DNA from: Octopus sinensis
Lineage: Eukaryota
Direction: 5' to 3'
Assembly (NCBI RefSeq): GCF_006345805.1
Contig: NC_043001.1
Location: forward strand, 110,050,001 to 110,114,000
Length of the DNA stretch: 64,000 bases
Each line of letters opens with the position of its first letter. Position 1 is the stretch's first letter. The position numbers were made by a program, and so were the translations under genes. Under the pieces are notes generated by a model. The model had not been told where the DNA came from, ran no database searches, and worked only from the letters and a program-made list of their open reading frames with translations. Below are positions 1 to 12,446 of the stretch, one piece after another.

Positions 1-227
1 TCATTGACTCGAAAATGGCAGCAGTTTTATGATTGTATCCAGACAGATAGTAAGAAATTCCATTAATGAGCATCCCAGGAGAAGGTAAGGACAACCTTCT
101 TAATATGACCGAATTGTTAGCCAACCGTACTAAGTCATCAGATGTGATCTGTGTGTGTGTGTGTGTGTGTGTGTTTGCGTGTGTTCGTGTATGCGTGCAG
201 TTGTGAGTGTATATATGTAATTATTTA

Positions 228-759
228 TCTAAAGAATGTATCTGGTGGACGCGTCTGAAAGGATTGCAGACAAACACTTTCCTCTCTGGTCAATCTCTTA
301 TCAACTTCTTCAAATATCACTTGAAACGGAAAGTGAGAGTAGAAAGGCTAGTTTAAAAAAAATATGTGTGAATGTAGCAAGGATGGCAAGTATAAATGAC
401 GAAGCCACCTTGAGCATAATCCTATGAACCCGGAAAACTTTAAAAGAGAAAGTTACTTGCAAATAAATGTGTTAACATGTAACATTATTGACCGAGGTTA
501 CGGTGGTTTTTCCGTAGGCTTTCCTTTCCACGGATAAACCTTATCTGCTTCCCCTTTTACACTTTACATCATGACATTTCTTTGATACACGAACCTTATT
601 GATCGTTTTTTTCTGTCATTTTACGATCGCTTTTGAACGAAAACCTACCCCTTTTTCTTTTTTTCTTTTTCTTTTTCTTTTCTTTTTTCTCCCAAAAGAA
701 AAGCTCTACTTTGTAATTTGTCCCTCTGTGTTCAGCCCTATGTGGCTAATAAAGAAACA

Positions 760-760
<1 letters not shown>
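228..760 (+). mobile_element. Tx1/L1-clade LINE, 3' end of ORF2 plus 3' UTR (frameshifted remnant)
   Basis: Reads KECIWWTRLKGLQTNTFLSGQSLINFFKYHLKRKVRVER, then after a frameshift CVNVARMASINDEATLSIIL*. This resembles the Tx1 ORF2 C-terminus. A pyrimidine-rich UTR, AATAAA near 748 and (ATCT)n follow. Confidence 0.7.

Positions 761-815
<55 letters not shown>
760..815. repeat. (ATCT)n microsatellite
   Basis: Direct tetranucleotide run. Confidence 0.95.
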
Positions 816-1170
816 AAACTCTTTCACTCCACTTCACACTTTTGATCGCCATCCAGCTCGATCCGAAGCAAGGGTTTCTATGGCCTTTGGATCCATTCCA
901 AATGACTCCACGGTAGTCTTTATGTCATCCGTAAACGTCAATTTACGTTTACACCGATAGCGTTTGCCCTTTGCTAGCTCACCATAACGTAGATATCTGG
1001 GTGTGCGTTCACTCGCCATTCGAGCAGTATGACCAGACGATCGCATTTGACGCCTGCAGACGCAAAGACATCTTTCTCCGGAGTAAAGATGCCCAATTTA
1101 ATGTTTATAATGCGGGGAAGACATTTGTGGTCAATCGTTCTAATAATTTGAAATGTCACTCTAACACGCC
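816..1170 (-). mobile_element. RTE-clade LINE, C-terminal ORF remnant
   Basis: Minus frames give DHKCLPRIINIK..FTPEKDVFASAG and SGHTARMASERTPRYLRYGELAKGKR..RKLTFTDDIK....DRAGWRSKV. These match the RTE post-RT motifs (RWSGHV.RM...R.P..L.YGEL..G.R). Confidence 0.85.
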
Positions 1171-1175
1171 CTTGT

Positions 1176-1178
1176 ATG

Positions 1179-1209
<31 letters not shown>

Positions 1210-1210
1210 G

Positions 1211-1242
<32 letters not shown>

Positions 1243-1253
1243 TAATATATATA

Positions 1254-1297
<44 letters not shown>

Positions 1298-1300
1298 ATA
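1176..1300. repeat. (TA)n microsatellite
   Basis: Direct. Confidence 0.95.
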
Positions 1301-1301
1301 T

Positions 1302-1660
1302 AGACGCAGGCACAGCTGTGTAGTAAGAAAGTTACTTCCCAACCCCAGGTTTGGGTTTCAGGCCCGCTGCGTGAGTGACAGAGGGCAAGTGTCTTCAGGC
1401 CGATCAAATTCTTGCGTGTGGATTCGGTGCATGGAAACTGGAAGAAGCTTGTGCTTGCCCTAGCACCACCACCACCACCACCACCTAACCCCTTGACAAC
1501 CGGCGTTGATGTTTTGTTCCCGTAACTTACGGGTTCGACAAAAGATACCGATAGATTAATACGAAGCTTTTAAAACATAAGATAAATACTGCAGTCGATA
1601 CATTCGACCAAATATTCTCCAAGACGATGACCTAGCACGGCCATAGATTCATGAGTGAAA
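1302..1660 (+). mobile_element. tRNA-derived SINE group A, decayed
   Basis: GCAGGCACAGCTGTGTAGTAAGAA head, GGGCAAGTGTCTTC core and CCCGTAACTT..GGTTCG body. Homologous to the copy at 35870-36290. Confidence 0.75.
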
Positions 1661-1699
1661 CAACAACAATATATAAAAGAAATTTATGTATGTATGTAA

Positions 1700-1783
1700 T
1701 GTATATATCTATCTATCTATGTTTCCTCTCTCTCTCTCTCTCTCTCTAAATATATATATATATATACATATATAAATACATGT

Positions 1784-1879
<96 letters not shown>

Positions 1880-2286
1880 AGATATAGAAAGAGAGAGAGG
1901 AGAGAGAGAGATTTATATAAATAAGGATAAAATCGTTAATTTAAATATCGATCTTATCAAGTGGACAGCATGGGAATAAAAACCTTCAAAGGTAATAATT
2001 ATTATTAAAATTATAATTTTGGGTATCGAAGAGATAACACCACAATAGTAGCCAAAACTTGACTCTAAAACCACATTTAATGTTCATACAGCGCAATGTC
2101 ATGTTTTGGCTACTATTTCTAGCGTGGTGGTATCTCTTAGATCCCCTAAATTATAATTTATATATATATATACATATATATATATATACACATATATATG
2201 TATGTACATCATATAATATATGTGTATACATGAATATAGGTATGTATATATATATAATGCATAAACATATATTCGCATACATATAC

Positions 2287-2329
<43 letters not shown>

Positions 2330-2370
2330 CATGTATAAACACACGCATAAACACACACACATACATATGC
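1700..2370. repeat. Compound (CT)n/(TA)n/(CA)n microsatellite region
   Basis: Direct. Confidence 0.9.
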
Positions 2371-3261
2371 ACACATGAATGGTAGCTTTTCTTTTCGGTT
2401 ATAATTAAACACATTTTACATTAGTCTAATGGGTAACTCCACGAGTATGTTAGTATAATTTTTTTAAGTCTTTAACAAGAATGTTATGAACAGTAACTTC
2501 GAAATTTCGGCCAGCTATGTCGTCATCGGACTGAGAAGCATTCAAATTAATTTATACAAGCATACATTTGTGTGTGTAAATATGTGTGAGTATTTGTGCG
2601 TGTGTATATGCGTATGTATGTGTATGCGTATGTGTACGTATTGATTTGTATACGTATATATGTTTGTTTATGCTATAGATAGTTAGATAGATAGATAGTG
2701 AGCGAGACTTTTCTATTTAGTAGACGAAAATTGAAATTGTTGCATAAATTTGGCTTTCGTCCCGGTTTCCATGCATAGCTGACCCCTGTATATAGGTCAG
2801 GCATACAGAATGACTCACTGTCTTCGAGTATGTTAAATATTAGATTATCGAAAGAAGTGGAAAAAATAGAGAAGAGGAAATTGCTGACAAATCGTGCATA
2901 TAAAGATATGTACGAACTCGTATACAAATAAATGGGAAATTTAATAGCAGATTCTCTTATGATATAATATTGATGGAGAGACGATTTCGAATGTTAGAAT
3001 GAATAGTGATGTGCTTTCTCAATCAATTTGTTCTGAGTTCAATGAACATTGAGGTCGGTGTTCCATTTTACTTATTCGGAGTCGAGGAAAACGGTTGCAG
3101 TTTTCGTTATACATTTTCTGTCCCAGTTTCCATCAGTCTTCACATCAGGGCTGGGGAAATATGGCCTTCCCTGTTTTAAAACGCCGTCTTTTGCGGTGTT
3201 GCCTTTACGATTTGATAAGGTATTAAATGCCGTATTCAGTTACGTTTACCAAAAAATGAGG

Positions 3262-3563
3262 AGACCTCCTTCGGTCATGAATGACCATGGGATTGCACCT
3301 AGAAAGTTATCCTCAGGGGCACAAATCCGAGCAAGGTTGTTTGTAGAAGGCCAGCAGTCGCCCATGTATACCAGCCTCTCCTCTCCATACCACCGATGTT
3401 ATCCAAGGCAAAAGCAAAGGGGCTGATACAGCTTCGCTCCAGTGATGTTGCAACTCATTTCTACAGCTGCTCAAGAACACACCACGCAGCCCAGTCCGGG
3501 AATCGAACTCACAGCCTCACGATCGTAAGCTCGACGTTCTAACCACTGAGCCATGCGCCTTCA
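3262..3563 (-). mobile_element. tRNA-derived SINE group D
   Basis: Minus strand begins GGCGCATGGCTCAGTGGTTAG (A box) ... GAGTTCGATTCCC (B box). The body is shared with 6418-6632. Confidence 0.85.
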
Positions 3564-4752
3564 GACAAACAAATACAAACATATTAAAACCATACACACA
3601 CATACATATATGAGTTATTTTGTTTGTGTTTATAGATCTGTGTGTGTTGGGGGATGAAGCTCTGTTGTACGTAGCCACGGCTTATGCCCTTCCGAACGCC
3701 AGTCACATTAGAAAGTGTATTGGATGCTTTTTACGAGCCACCGGCATTATTACTTTACACAGTGTTCTTTTGCCGTGCCAGCTACACTCAGATATTATTC
3801 CTCATTTTCTCTCTCATGCACATCACGTTTCCATCCTTTTTCAACCGAATAGCTAAGAAAGCAGACTATCTATTTAAAGAAGCATGTGTTATATTACCCA
3901 TATACACATAAAATTACTGCTTGGCAAAGCCCGATTTGTGTGATACGGTTTGTTTTTCATAATTTACTTAATGAATTACTGACATAATGTCTATGAGGGA
4001 AATTTGGGAAGATCTACATCCCCAAATTCGTAAAACAGGTGTATTACTTCAATCATGTGTTAGCACACGGGTCATGGTTTCTAGATTTTATATGTAAGTA
4101 TAGAAATTTCGTATGAAATTAGAGTCATGCACAATTTTGTAGAACAAAAATACCACAATTTTATATGATTAAAGACTGAATTCTAACTGAATATTTAGTA
4201 TCGAACTGAATGTAAGTCCCAGGACTCTTATTATTGTTATATAGTCTTTCAAATGATAAAAGAATATCTGCCATACTTAGCTGTTAATTCATATTGGAAT
4301 ACACATCAAAGAAAATATATATTCTAACTGGCATATGATTGTTCATATTTAAAAGTTACAGACTGCTTAGTTACTGTTCAAGCGAACCTCACAAAGATAC
4401 AATAGTGTTTAGTATAGTAACATGTAGTGAAACGTGAGAGACACAATATAGCATTCAAATATTACGATTCTTATCAGTCATTCACAATTCAGACACTATA
4501 AAATCTTCGTTTAATTAACAAGACCTATAATGTATAATTGTTGACAACCGGTCTATCAGTTCTGAGCTGTTGAATTTTTATCAGATTGCAGCGCGTAAAG
4601 ACAAAAGCTTTCGTAACATAGAACAGAGTATTAAGAAGGAAAGAGGGAAAAGCATAATGAGGAAAGTGTTGATGGTTTGAGTGGGTAAAATTTGAATAGT
4701 AATATTGAATGGTTGTGATATAATACAATTTGGTAAAGTTTTACCTACATCG

Positions 4753-4756
<4 letters not shown>

Positions 4757-4823
<67 letters not shown>
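4757..4823. repeat. (GA)n microsatellite
   Basis: Direct. Confidence 0.95.
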
Positions 4824-4824
<1 letters not shown>

Positions 4825-5396
4825 GGAGGTGGAGACGCAGAGAAGGCATTTAGACAGAGAGAAAGACGTCTGATTCTGTTCTTTCGCAAGAGAATTCTTG
4901 GAATTGAAGAAATATATTGCTTTTGAATATTTGAAATTAGACACGAGTCAGATGAGAAATTATTGTTGAATGCTATTGATGGGAAGGAATGAGGTGATTT
5001 CGTAATACCGAAATTGTAACAATGAGGTAGTGCTATGATTAAGTTATGCTGTGGGAATATTCACAACCAGAAATACAAAAACTATTCATGGAATTACATT
5101 ATTTACAAATTGTAAGCCTGTATATTGTCTATACATTTGATAGAAATAACATTAAATCTCACTCATATCATTGACTGTTGTCCCAAATAAAGCGGGAAAC
5201 CCTATAAATAAATAGATCAAGACGACGTATTGAAAAATCACAATAGTAAGTAAATATTTAAGTATACAATAATAACTAAATAAATAAATAAATATAAAAA
5301 GGAATGTAGGATATGTCGCACAACCTTTTGCAGATAAAACTTGATAAATAGGAATAAAAACTAGAGGTTATATATTTAAAAAAATATTTATCTCTT

Positions 5397-5553
5397 TCTA
5401 GCCCACAGGGGGCTAAACATAGAGGGAACAATGACATACAAAAAGGATTACGTCGATTACATCGACTCCAGTGCATAATTGGTACTTATTCAATCGACCC
5501 CAAAATGATGAAAGGCTAAGTCGATCTTGGCGGATATTGAACTCAGAACGTAG
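5397..5553 (-). mobile_element. SINE group B fragment
   Basis: Diverged GTCGATTACATCGAC-CCAGTGC..GGTACTTAT..ATCGACCCC block. Confidence 0.8.
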
Positions 5554-6266
5554 TACATTTTGAATATTTGATCCCGCTCTTCACAAGCGCAACAAGAGAC
5601 GGTAGTTTTCTTCTTTTTTTTACACGCCGGGATAGAATTTTTTTCTGTTTTATGTGTTTATTATTTTATGTATATTGTTACAATTTGATATAATTCTTTT
5701 AGCGCATTTTCTTATATCTATAAAAATTTTTAACAATTCAAAATTAATTCTAAAATATTAAAAAAATTTTAGCAAAATATTTTTAACAAGAATTTATATT
5801 CTTAATTTTTTATATCTGAAATTTGTATTCAATATTTCTTAAAGAAATCCGAAATTGAATTTTATCTAGAGACATTTTAACGTTTAATGTTTTTCAATTG
5901 TGAGATTTTTTAATTTTATATTTTTTATTAATTAATATTAATTCTTTAAATCAATTTAAAAAATTTTATCATTTTTTAATTTTCAATTTTCAACATTTTA
6001 ATTTTTCAGTTTTTAAAGTCTCTGCTATTATGCTTTATTTTTTAATTGTATTTAATATATTTTTTATATTCATTTCTTTTCTATTTTACCCTTTGAATTT
6101 TAATAGTAATTCTTTTAAAGACATTTTTCTCTCATTTCTTTTCTTTTTCTTTTTCACTAGCTTAAGTTTCACTTTACTGACTTTTCCCTTAATGATGTTG
6201 CGTATTTTCACTTTCGAATTTTGTAATCTTCCATTTCACACGGAATTTGCATATATGGATATATAT

Positions 6267-6350
<84 letters not shown>

Positions 6351-6417
6351 GTATGTGTGTGTGTGTGTATGTATACACACATACCTATATATATATATGA
6401 GTGTGCTTGTGTATAGA

Positions 6418-6632
6418 AAAGATACCTTCCTTTCGGCCATGACTGACAATAAAATTGCTCCTAGAAAGTTACCCTCCGAGGCACAAGTGCGGGCAAGCTT
6501 GTTTATGGAAGACCAGCTGTCGCCCATGTATAACAGCCTCCCCTCTCCCCGTCACCGACGTCATTCAAAGGAAAGGCAAAAACCGATAGTTTTGCACCAG
6601 TGATGTTGCAACGCACTTCTACAGCTTAGTGA
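6418..6632 (-). mobile_element. SINE group D, 5'-truncated
   Basis: CCTAGAAAGTTACCCTCCGAGGCACAAG..TCGCCCATGTATA shared with 3262-3563. Confidence 0.8.
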
Positions 6633-6802
6633 CCCGGAATAACATAAATTAAAATATCTTACTACAGAAACAAGACACAACACAGTTGTGGTGCATCTTT
6701 CGGTGCAGATGTGTCTCATAGAGTGAATTTTCAAAGGGTACCTCTTTCAATAAACTTGGTGTGGCTTGGTTCTATATATATATATATATTATATATATAT
6801 AT

Positions 6803-7202
6803 ATACTCTTTACTCTTTTACTTGTTTCAGTCATTTGACTGCGGTCATGCTGGAGCACCGCCTTTAGTCGAGTAAATCGACCCTGGGACTTATTCTTTGT
6901 AAGCCCAGTACTTATTCTATCGTCTCTTTTGCCGAACCGCTAAGTGACGGGGACGTAAACACAGTAGCATCGGTTGTCATGCAATGCTAGAGGGACAAAC
7001 ACAAACACACAAACATATACACACACATACATATATATATATACATACATACGACAGGCTTCTGTCAGTTTCCGTCTACCGAATCCACTTACAAGGCATT
7101 GGTCGGCCCGAGGCTATAGCAGAAGACACTTGCCCAAGATGCCACGCAGTAGGACTGAACCATGTGGTTGGTAGGCAAGCTACTTACCACAGAGTCACTC
7201 GT
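6803..7202 (-). mobile_element. SINE group A, near full length
   Basis: Tail TACTCTTTTACTTGTTTCAGTCATTTGACTGCGG through head ACTTGCCCAAG..CCACGCAG. Confidence 0.9.
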
Positions 7203-8040
7203 ATGTACCTAAGTATATATGTATGCATGTAACTATGTATGTTTGGATGTAAATATCAGCTAATCAGATCTTTGAATTACCTTCGCCTGTAAATAGATTG
7301 ATAGATATATTGATAAAGACAAATCAAAGAGTGAAGAAAGATATCTTTTCCTAAGAATATATGCGTATCCCTGTGCATTCCGGCGTAATTCACCGTGTGA
7401 AGTTTTTGTCTGTTGTGTTGATACTAATGTGTGTGTGCGTGTGGTTGGGTTGTGTGCATGCAATTTCTGCAATTTTTATAACGGATTTTATAAATGGAAT
7501 TATAAAAATAGTACTCGCTAACTGGATGTTTGAAAAATGCGCAGAAACTATTCCGAAGTTTTCTACTTCTATCACGAGAATCCCTTTCTTCATTTGGAAG
7601 AATTATTCATATATCTTTATATGAAGCCATAAATATCATCGAACATGAATGAACCAAAAGGATAATCTGTGAGAAGGCAGTAATCCTGGCGAAGGAAATA
7701 AAAAAAAAGACATTGAATAAAGCTTTCAAAGACCAAAATACGAACAAGAATGAAGAACCAATCAAAAGAAGTTTAGACACTTCATATCATATTCGTAAAC
7801 TCTATGGAATAGGGATATCAAAAGAAAATATCATTATTCGTATATGAAATGACGTCAAAACCATGGAAAACCAATACAAAATAAAATTGGTTTCCCCGCA
7901 TTTTGAAAAACAAGAAACCAAACAGCAAAGACTGATTAGATTGTATGCATACATACATACATTCATATATATTTATATTTATATCAGTGTGTGTATAATT
8001 GTACGTGTGTATATGTATACATATTCATATATATATGTAA

Positions 8041-8113
<73 letters not shown>

Positions 8114-8536
8114 GTATATATATATGTATATATATGTATATATATATATATACATATATATGTATATATATATGTGTGGGTGTGTGTATGTATGTATCTA
8201 TGTAAGCATATATATGTATGCGTGTGTGCGTACATGTTTGTTAATGCCTGCATTCATTTATGTTAGACCAGTAGGAGCTGATGGGTTTTTTTTTTATTCT
8301 TTGCACAGTATTTGAAGCAGTCACAGATTTACGATATGCCAGACGTGTTGTTATATGTATGCTACGTAATCTAGCTTCGAAACTAAGATAGAAGAATCCT
8401 ACAATGATCCTATGATAATATTCTTGTACTTATATACCGGACTAGCCTAACAAACTATTTAATCACTGTATGTATGTGTGTGCCCATGTATGTATTTCTA
8501 CCTACTTTTTAAATGTCTGTGTGCATGTATATATAT

Positions 8537-8946
8537 ATTCTTTTACTCTTTTACTTGTTTCAGTCATTTGACTGCGGCCATGTTGGAGCACCGCCTTTAG
8601 TCGAGCAAATCGACCCCGGGACTTATTCTTTGTAAGCTCAGAACTTATTATATCGGTCTCTTTTACCGAACCGCTAAGTGACGTGGACGTAAACACACCA
8701 GCATCGGTTCTCAAGCAATGCTAGGGGGACAAACACAGACACACAAACACACACACACACATATATATATATATTATATATATATATACGACAGGCTTCT
8801 TTCAGTTTCCGTCTACCAAATCCACTAACAAGGCATTGGTCGGCCCGGGGCCATAGCAGAAGATACTTGCCCAAGATGCCACGCAGTGGGACTGAACCCG
8901 GAACCATGTGTTTGGCTAGCAAGCTATTTACCACACAACCACTCGT
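8537..8946 (-). mobile_element. SINE group A, near full length
   Basis: Colinear with 6803-7202. Confidence 0.9.
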
Positions 8947-9279
8947 CTATATGAACATGTTTATTAAAGCATACAGTAGTATAGATCCATTACAACCAGT
9001 TTTACCAGTCGGTTTCACATCGGTTATTGGGTCACTTGGTAGTTTTTCTTGTACATGTGCTCTTCGGCATGCATAGATGCCACCCTGATGAACACATGTG
9101 TTATACAACCACCTAGTTACATAGCACCCAGGGCAAAACTGATCTTTACAGCGAACATTAGTGAATCTATAACACCGTGCATTTTTATTGATATACCCAC
9201 TCTACTGACAAACACGAGTCTATTTTTTCTGAATTTATTTATAGTCACAAATATACTCCATTTGTTGTACTTACATTCC

Positions 9280-9500
9280 CACTCGTTCCTCAGTCAATGA
9301 TACATCCCATAGGAACGCATTCCCACGCAATTCGTAAGCCCTTGACACGATAGTTTTCCGGACTGTGGCCTCAGTCCCTCACGCCGACTTTGCTCTTCTC
9401 ATTTCTGCTGATGAAGGATTGATGTCCGAAACTTTGACACATATTCCTTTTCTTTTAAGCGTTAACTTAATGCTGTCAGTGCTAAATGTTATGTCTCATG
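9280..9500 (+). mobile_element. Decayed Penelope-like terminal repeat with hammerhead-core remnant
   Basis: CTGATGA-AGGA-TTGATG-TCC-GAAAC at 9408-9432. Stems I and III are degenerate. Confidence 0.45.
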
Positions 9501-9661
9501 TGTTGATCTTTTCTTAAGTATGTACACATATAAATGTATGTACACGCACACACAAACACACACACACACATACACATATATATGTTTATATATGCCTATA
9601 TACGGTGGTCGTCTACTTTTGTGCAGAATCTGACCACCTCTTGTACCTACACCTTAAATCC

Positions 9662-9695
<34 letters not shown>

Positions 9696-9701
<6 letters not shown>

Positions 9702-9904
9702 ATCCAAACAAGAAAACACAAAAAAACAAAAAATACAACAACGCGAGGACATGGAACAAATAAAGTATTATTGGACGCTCAGGAAAGGAGCGAAGAAGGA
9801 GGGTTTAACGTTTCGAGCGGAGCTCTTCGTCGGAAACATAGGAGAAGGAAAGATCCCGAGAAGGGAAGACAGAGGAAAAAGAATCGTCGGCGGCACTCAC
9901 GAGG

Positions 9905-9905
<1 letters not shown>
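9696..9905 (-). mobile_element. Penelope-like element terminus (family 1) abutting (TA)n
   Basis: Shares CTGAGCGTCCAATAA..TTGTTCCA.GTCCTCGC.TTGTTG..TTGGATTAACT with 41063-41250. Related to 63680-63872. Contains a minimal hammerhead motif. Confidence 0.7.
9803..9837 (-). ncRNA. Minimal type-I hammerhead-ribozyme-like motif (U4C variant)
   Basis: GTTT-CCGACGA-A-GAGC(TCC)GCTC-GAAAC-GTT-AAAC. Stem I is GTTT/AAAC, stem II is GAGC/GCTC and stem III is the palindrome AACGTT. Confidence 0.55.
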
Positions 9906-9941
<36 letters not shown>

Positions 9942-10187
9942 TATATATATATATATAAGTATAATAATAAAGGCTAAATTTAACTTAACTAATTAATTAA
10001 TAATAGATAATTTTACCAAGTAGTTCGGTATGTTAAAAGAAGTTGAGTTGCGTGAGTTGCTGAGTATTGCTGCCTGGGAGATCTCTTATGGTAGTAAAAT
10101 AGTAGTTTAACTGCTATTTCTAAATTTCGGTATGTGGTGAAGCAAATTTTGCTGAACCCTAATTATAATTATACACATAATTATAGA

Positions 10188-10252
<65 letters not shown>

Positions 10253-11057
10253 TATATGCATATACATTTGCAGATTAAGCAGCCTGTGTCATCGTACAAC
10301 ATGTAATTGAAACTTAAGTAGTTAATCTGTATTCATATTCGTGCTAGATGAAAGTGTGGAAAATAATTCAGCTACTAACCACGGTTTGTTGTATTTAAGC
10401 AATGTTAATTGCTTTACATACTAAGTGGTATCTTAAATCTATTAGTTTATTCTGCAGTATTATTTGTTATCATGCATTTTATGTGGTGTACTATAGCGAA
10501 GTAATTCTCTTTCAAATGTGCGTATATGTGTATCTATACGTGAGAGAATTTACGTGTGCAAGTTTTGGCATTTCAGTGTATGTTTGTGTAAGTGTATGAG
10601 TCTGTGTGCATGTACGTGCGTGCTTGTTTGTGTGCACAACCGTGAAAGAACTTCTATTATTTTCTGGTAGACGTCTATAATTTGGTTTAAAGAATTTGGT
10701 AAAGGATATTTTGTACCTTAACATATCAGCTTGCCTCGTGAGAGACGCAGAGAGAGATTATGTAAATATAGAAATAAATCTTATTTAAGTTAACTACAAA
10801 CATTTGAAAACAGACAGCGAGGGCAGGCGACAGAGGGACTAATACAGGCAGGGGTGGAGGGAGTCGGTGATGTTGAGAAATAGACTGTGGGAGTGATGAA
10901 TGAATAGGATAGAGAAAAAGATTAAGCATAAAAAAGATGAAAGACTATAATGCATTTATAGACGACAAATAAGATAGCATGAAAATGCAATCTATTTGGA
11001 AAGGAATAGAAAAATATAGTTACACTACAATACCAAAGACATATAAAGACGAGCGAA

Positions 11058-11241
11058 ATAGGCGACGTCGTTGCTGTCGTGTAAGAAGCTTGCTTCCCAA
11101 CCACACATTTCCGAGTTCAGTTCCATCTCGTGGCACGTGAGAAAATTTCTTCTACTATACCTTCGGACCGAGCAGGGTAGTCGTGTGTGTATATATATAT
11201 ATATATATAATATATATATGCAGAGGGGGGCTATTTGTGTC

Positions 11242-11275
<34 letters not shown>

Positions 11276-11535
11276 GCTCTTTGTGTGTTTGTCTCTCTCT
11301 GTCTCTATATATACAGGGAGCTCTTTGTGTTTCTGACCCCCAGCATCGCTTGATATTGGCGTTTTGGTGAGTTTACATCCCTATAACTTAGCGGTTAGCT
11401 TAAGTAACCGAAAGAATAAGTACCTGACTTAAAAAAAATAAAAGGGCTGGAGTCGATTCATTCAACCAAAAATTCTTCAAGGCAGAGCCCCAGTATAGTA
11501 GTAGTCTAGTTAATGACTGAAACGTGTGAAAGATA
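11058..11535 (+). mobile_element. SINE group A, decayed, with expanded internal microsatellite
   Basis: GTAAGAAGCTTGCTTCCCAACCAC head and AACTTAGCGGTT..GAATAAGTAC..GACTGAAAC tail. Confidence 0.7.
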
Positions 11536-12342
11536 AAAACTAAAAGAAATATGGCGATGAGGTTTAGAAATAATAATTGTATTTATTTCCTCTATCATTT
11601 CCCCCCTTACATGATCTTCTGTTGCTTCTACTTTTCTATGACTTCCGTGTCTAAATCTGTATATAAAATATTGTTATATTTGTTATCACATTATGAGGGA
11701 TAAAAAAATATTAAAAATAGGAAAAATATATTGAATATGATATAAAAATAACAATAACGTGTAGGCGGCTGTAGTTGAAGTTGCTAATTCATACGAAAAT
11801 GAGGTTTTTCAGTTATTCTATTAGTTTAATCATTTGCGCAAAAATACATATACGCGCAAATATATATTTGTATTTCAGTTTGGAGAGAGATATAGAACCC
11901 GCAGCTATCCACTCGTACATACACACTGGTCATAAAGTATTCGATCGACGCTGAAAAAGACATCTCAAACCGTTACTCAGATTTATACGTAAGCGTTCAT
12001 GAGACAGTTGCATGAATTCTGAATTTGCATCTCTTCATAAACGTAGTATCTTAATCTTCTGGTATATAGTAACAGTCTTTTCCGCCTTACTTTGCATTTT
12101 AACTAACTTGTATATTTATCGATTTCTTTCCCCTCTCTATCTCTCATACACACACACTTACACACACACACACACATATATATATATAATCACAAATTAC
12201 CAGAAGTACAAATCAAGGTAAAGACATTACTCCAATACCAGCGATATATATATATACAACGGTTTTGCTAAGGAATGGTGAAACTATTTTTTCGTTCTCT
12301 GGCAAAGCAACGTTTTGGACTCACGACACTTTGGTATAATAG

Positions 12343-12427
<85 letters not shown>

Positions 12428-12446
12428 TATATATATATAAATATAT

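Noticed and set aside
29-90. Short ATG frame ending at AAG|GTAAGG
   Set aside because: No recognisable product or partner exon, and it sits at the window edge.
5023-5044. TGAGGTAGT, matching the let-7 5' end
   Set aside because: Only 9 nt match and there is no precursor hairpin.
7653-7848. Open frame with IICEKAVILAKEI, similar to a pogo/CENP-B HTH segment
   Set aside because: No flanking transposase motifs (such as FKASNGW), start codon or splice sites.
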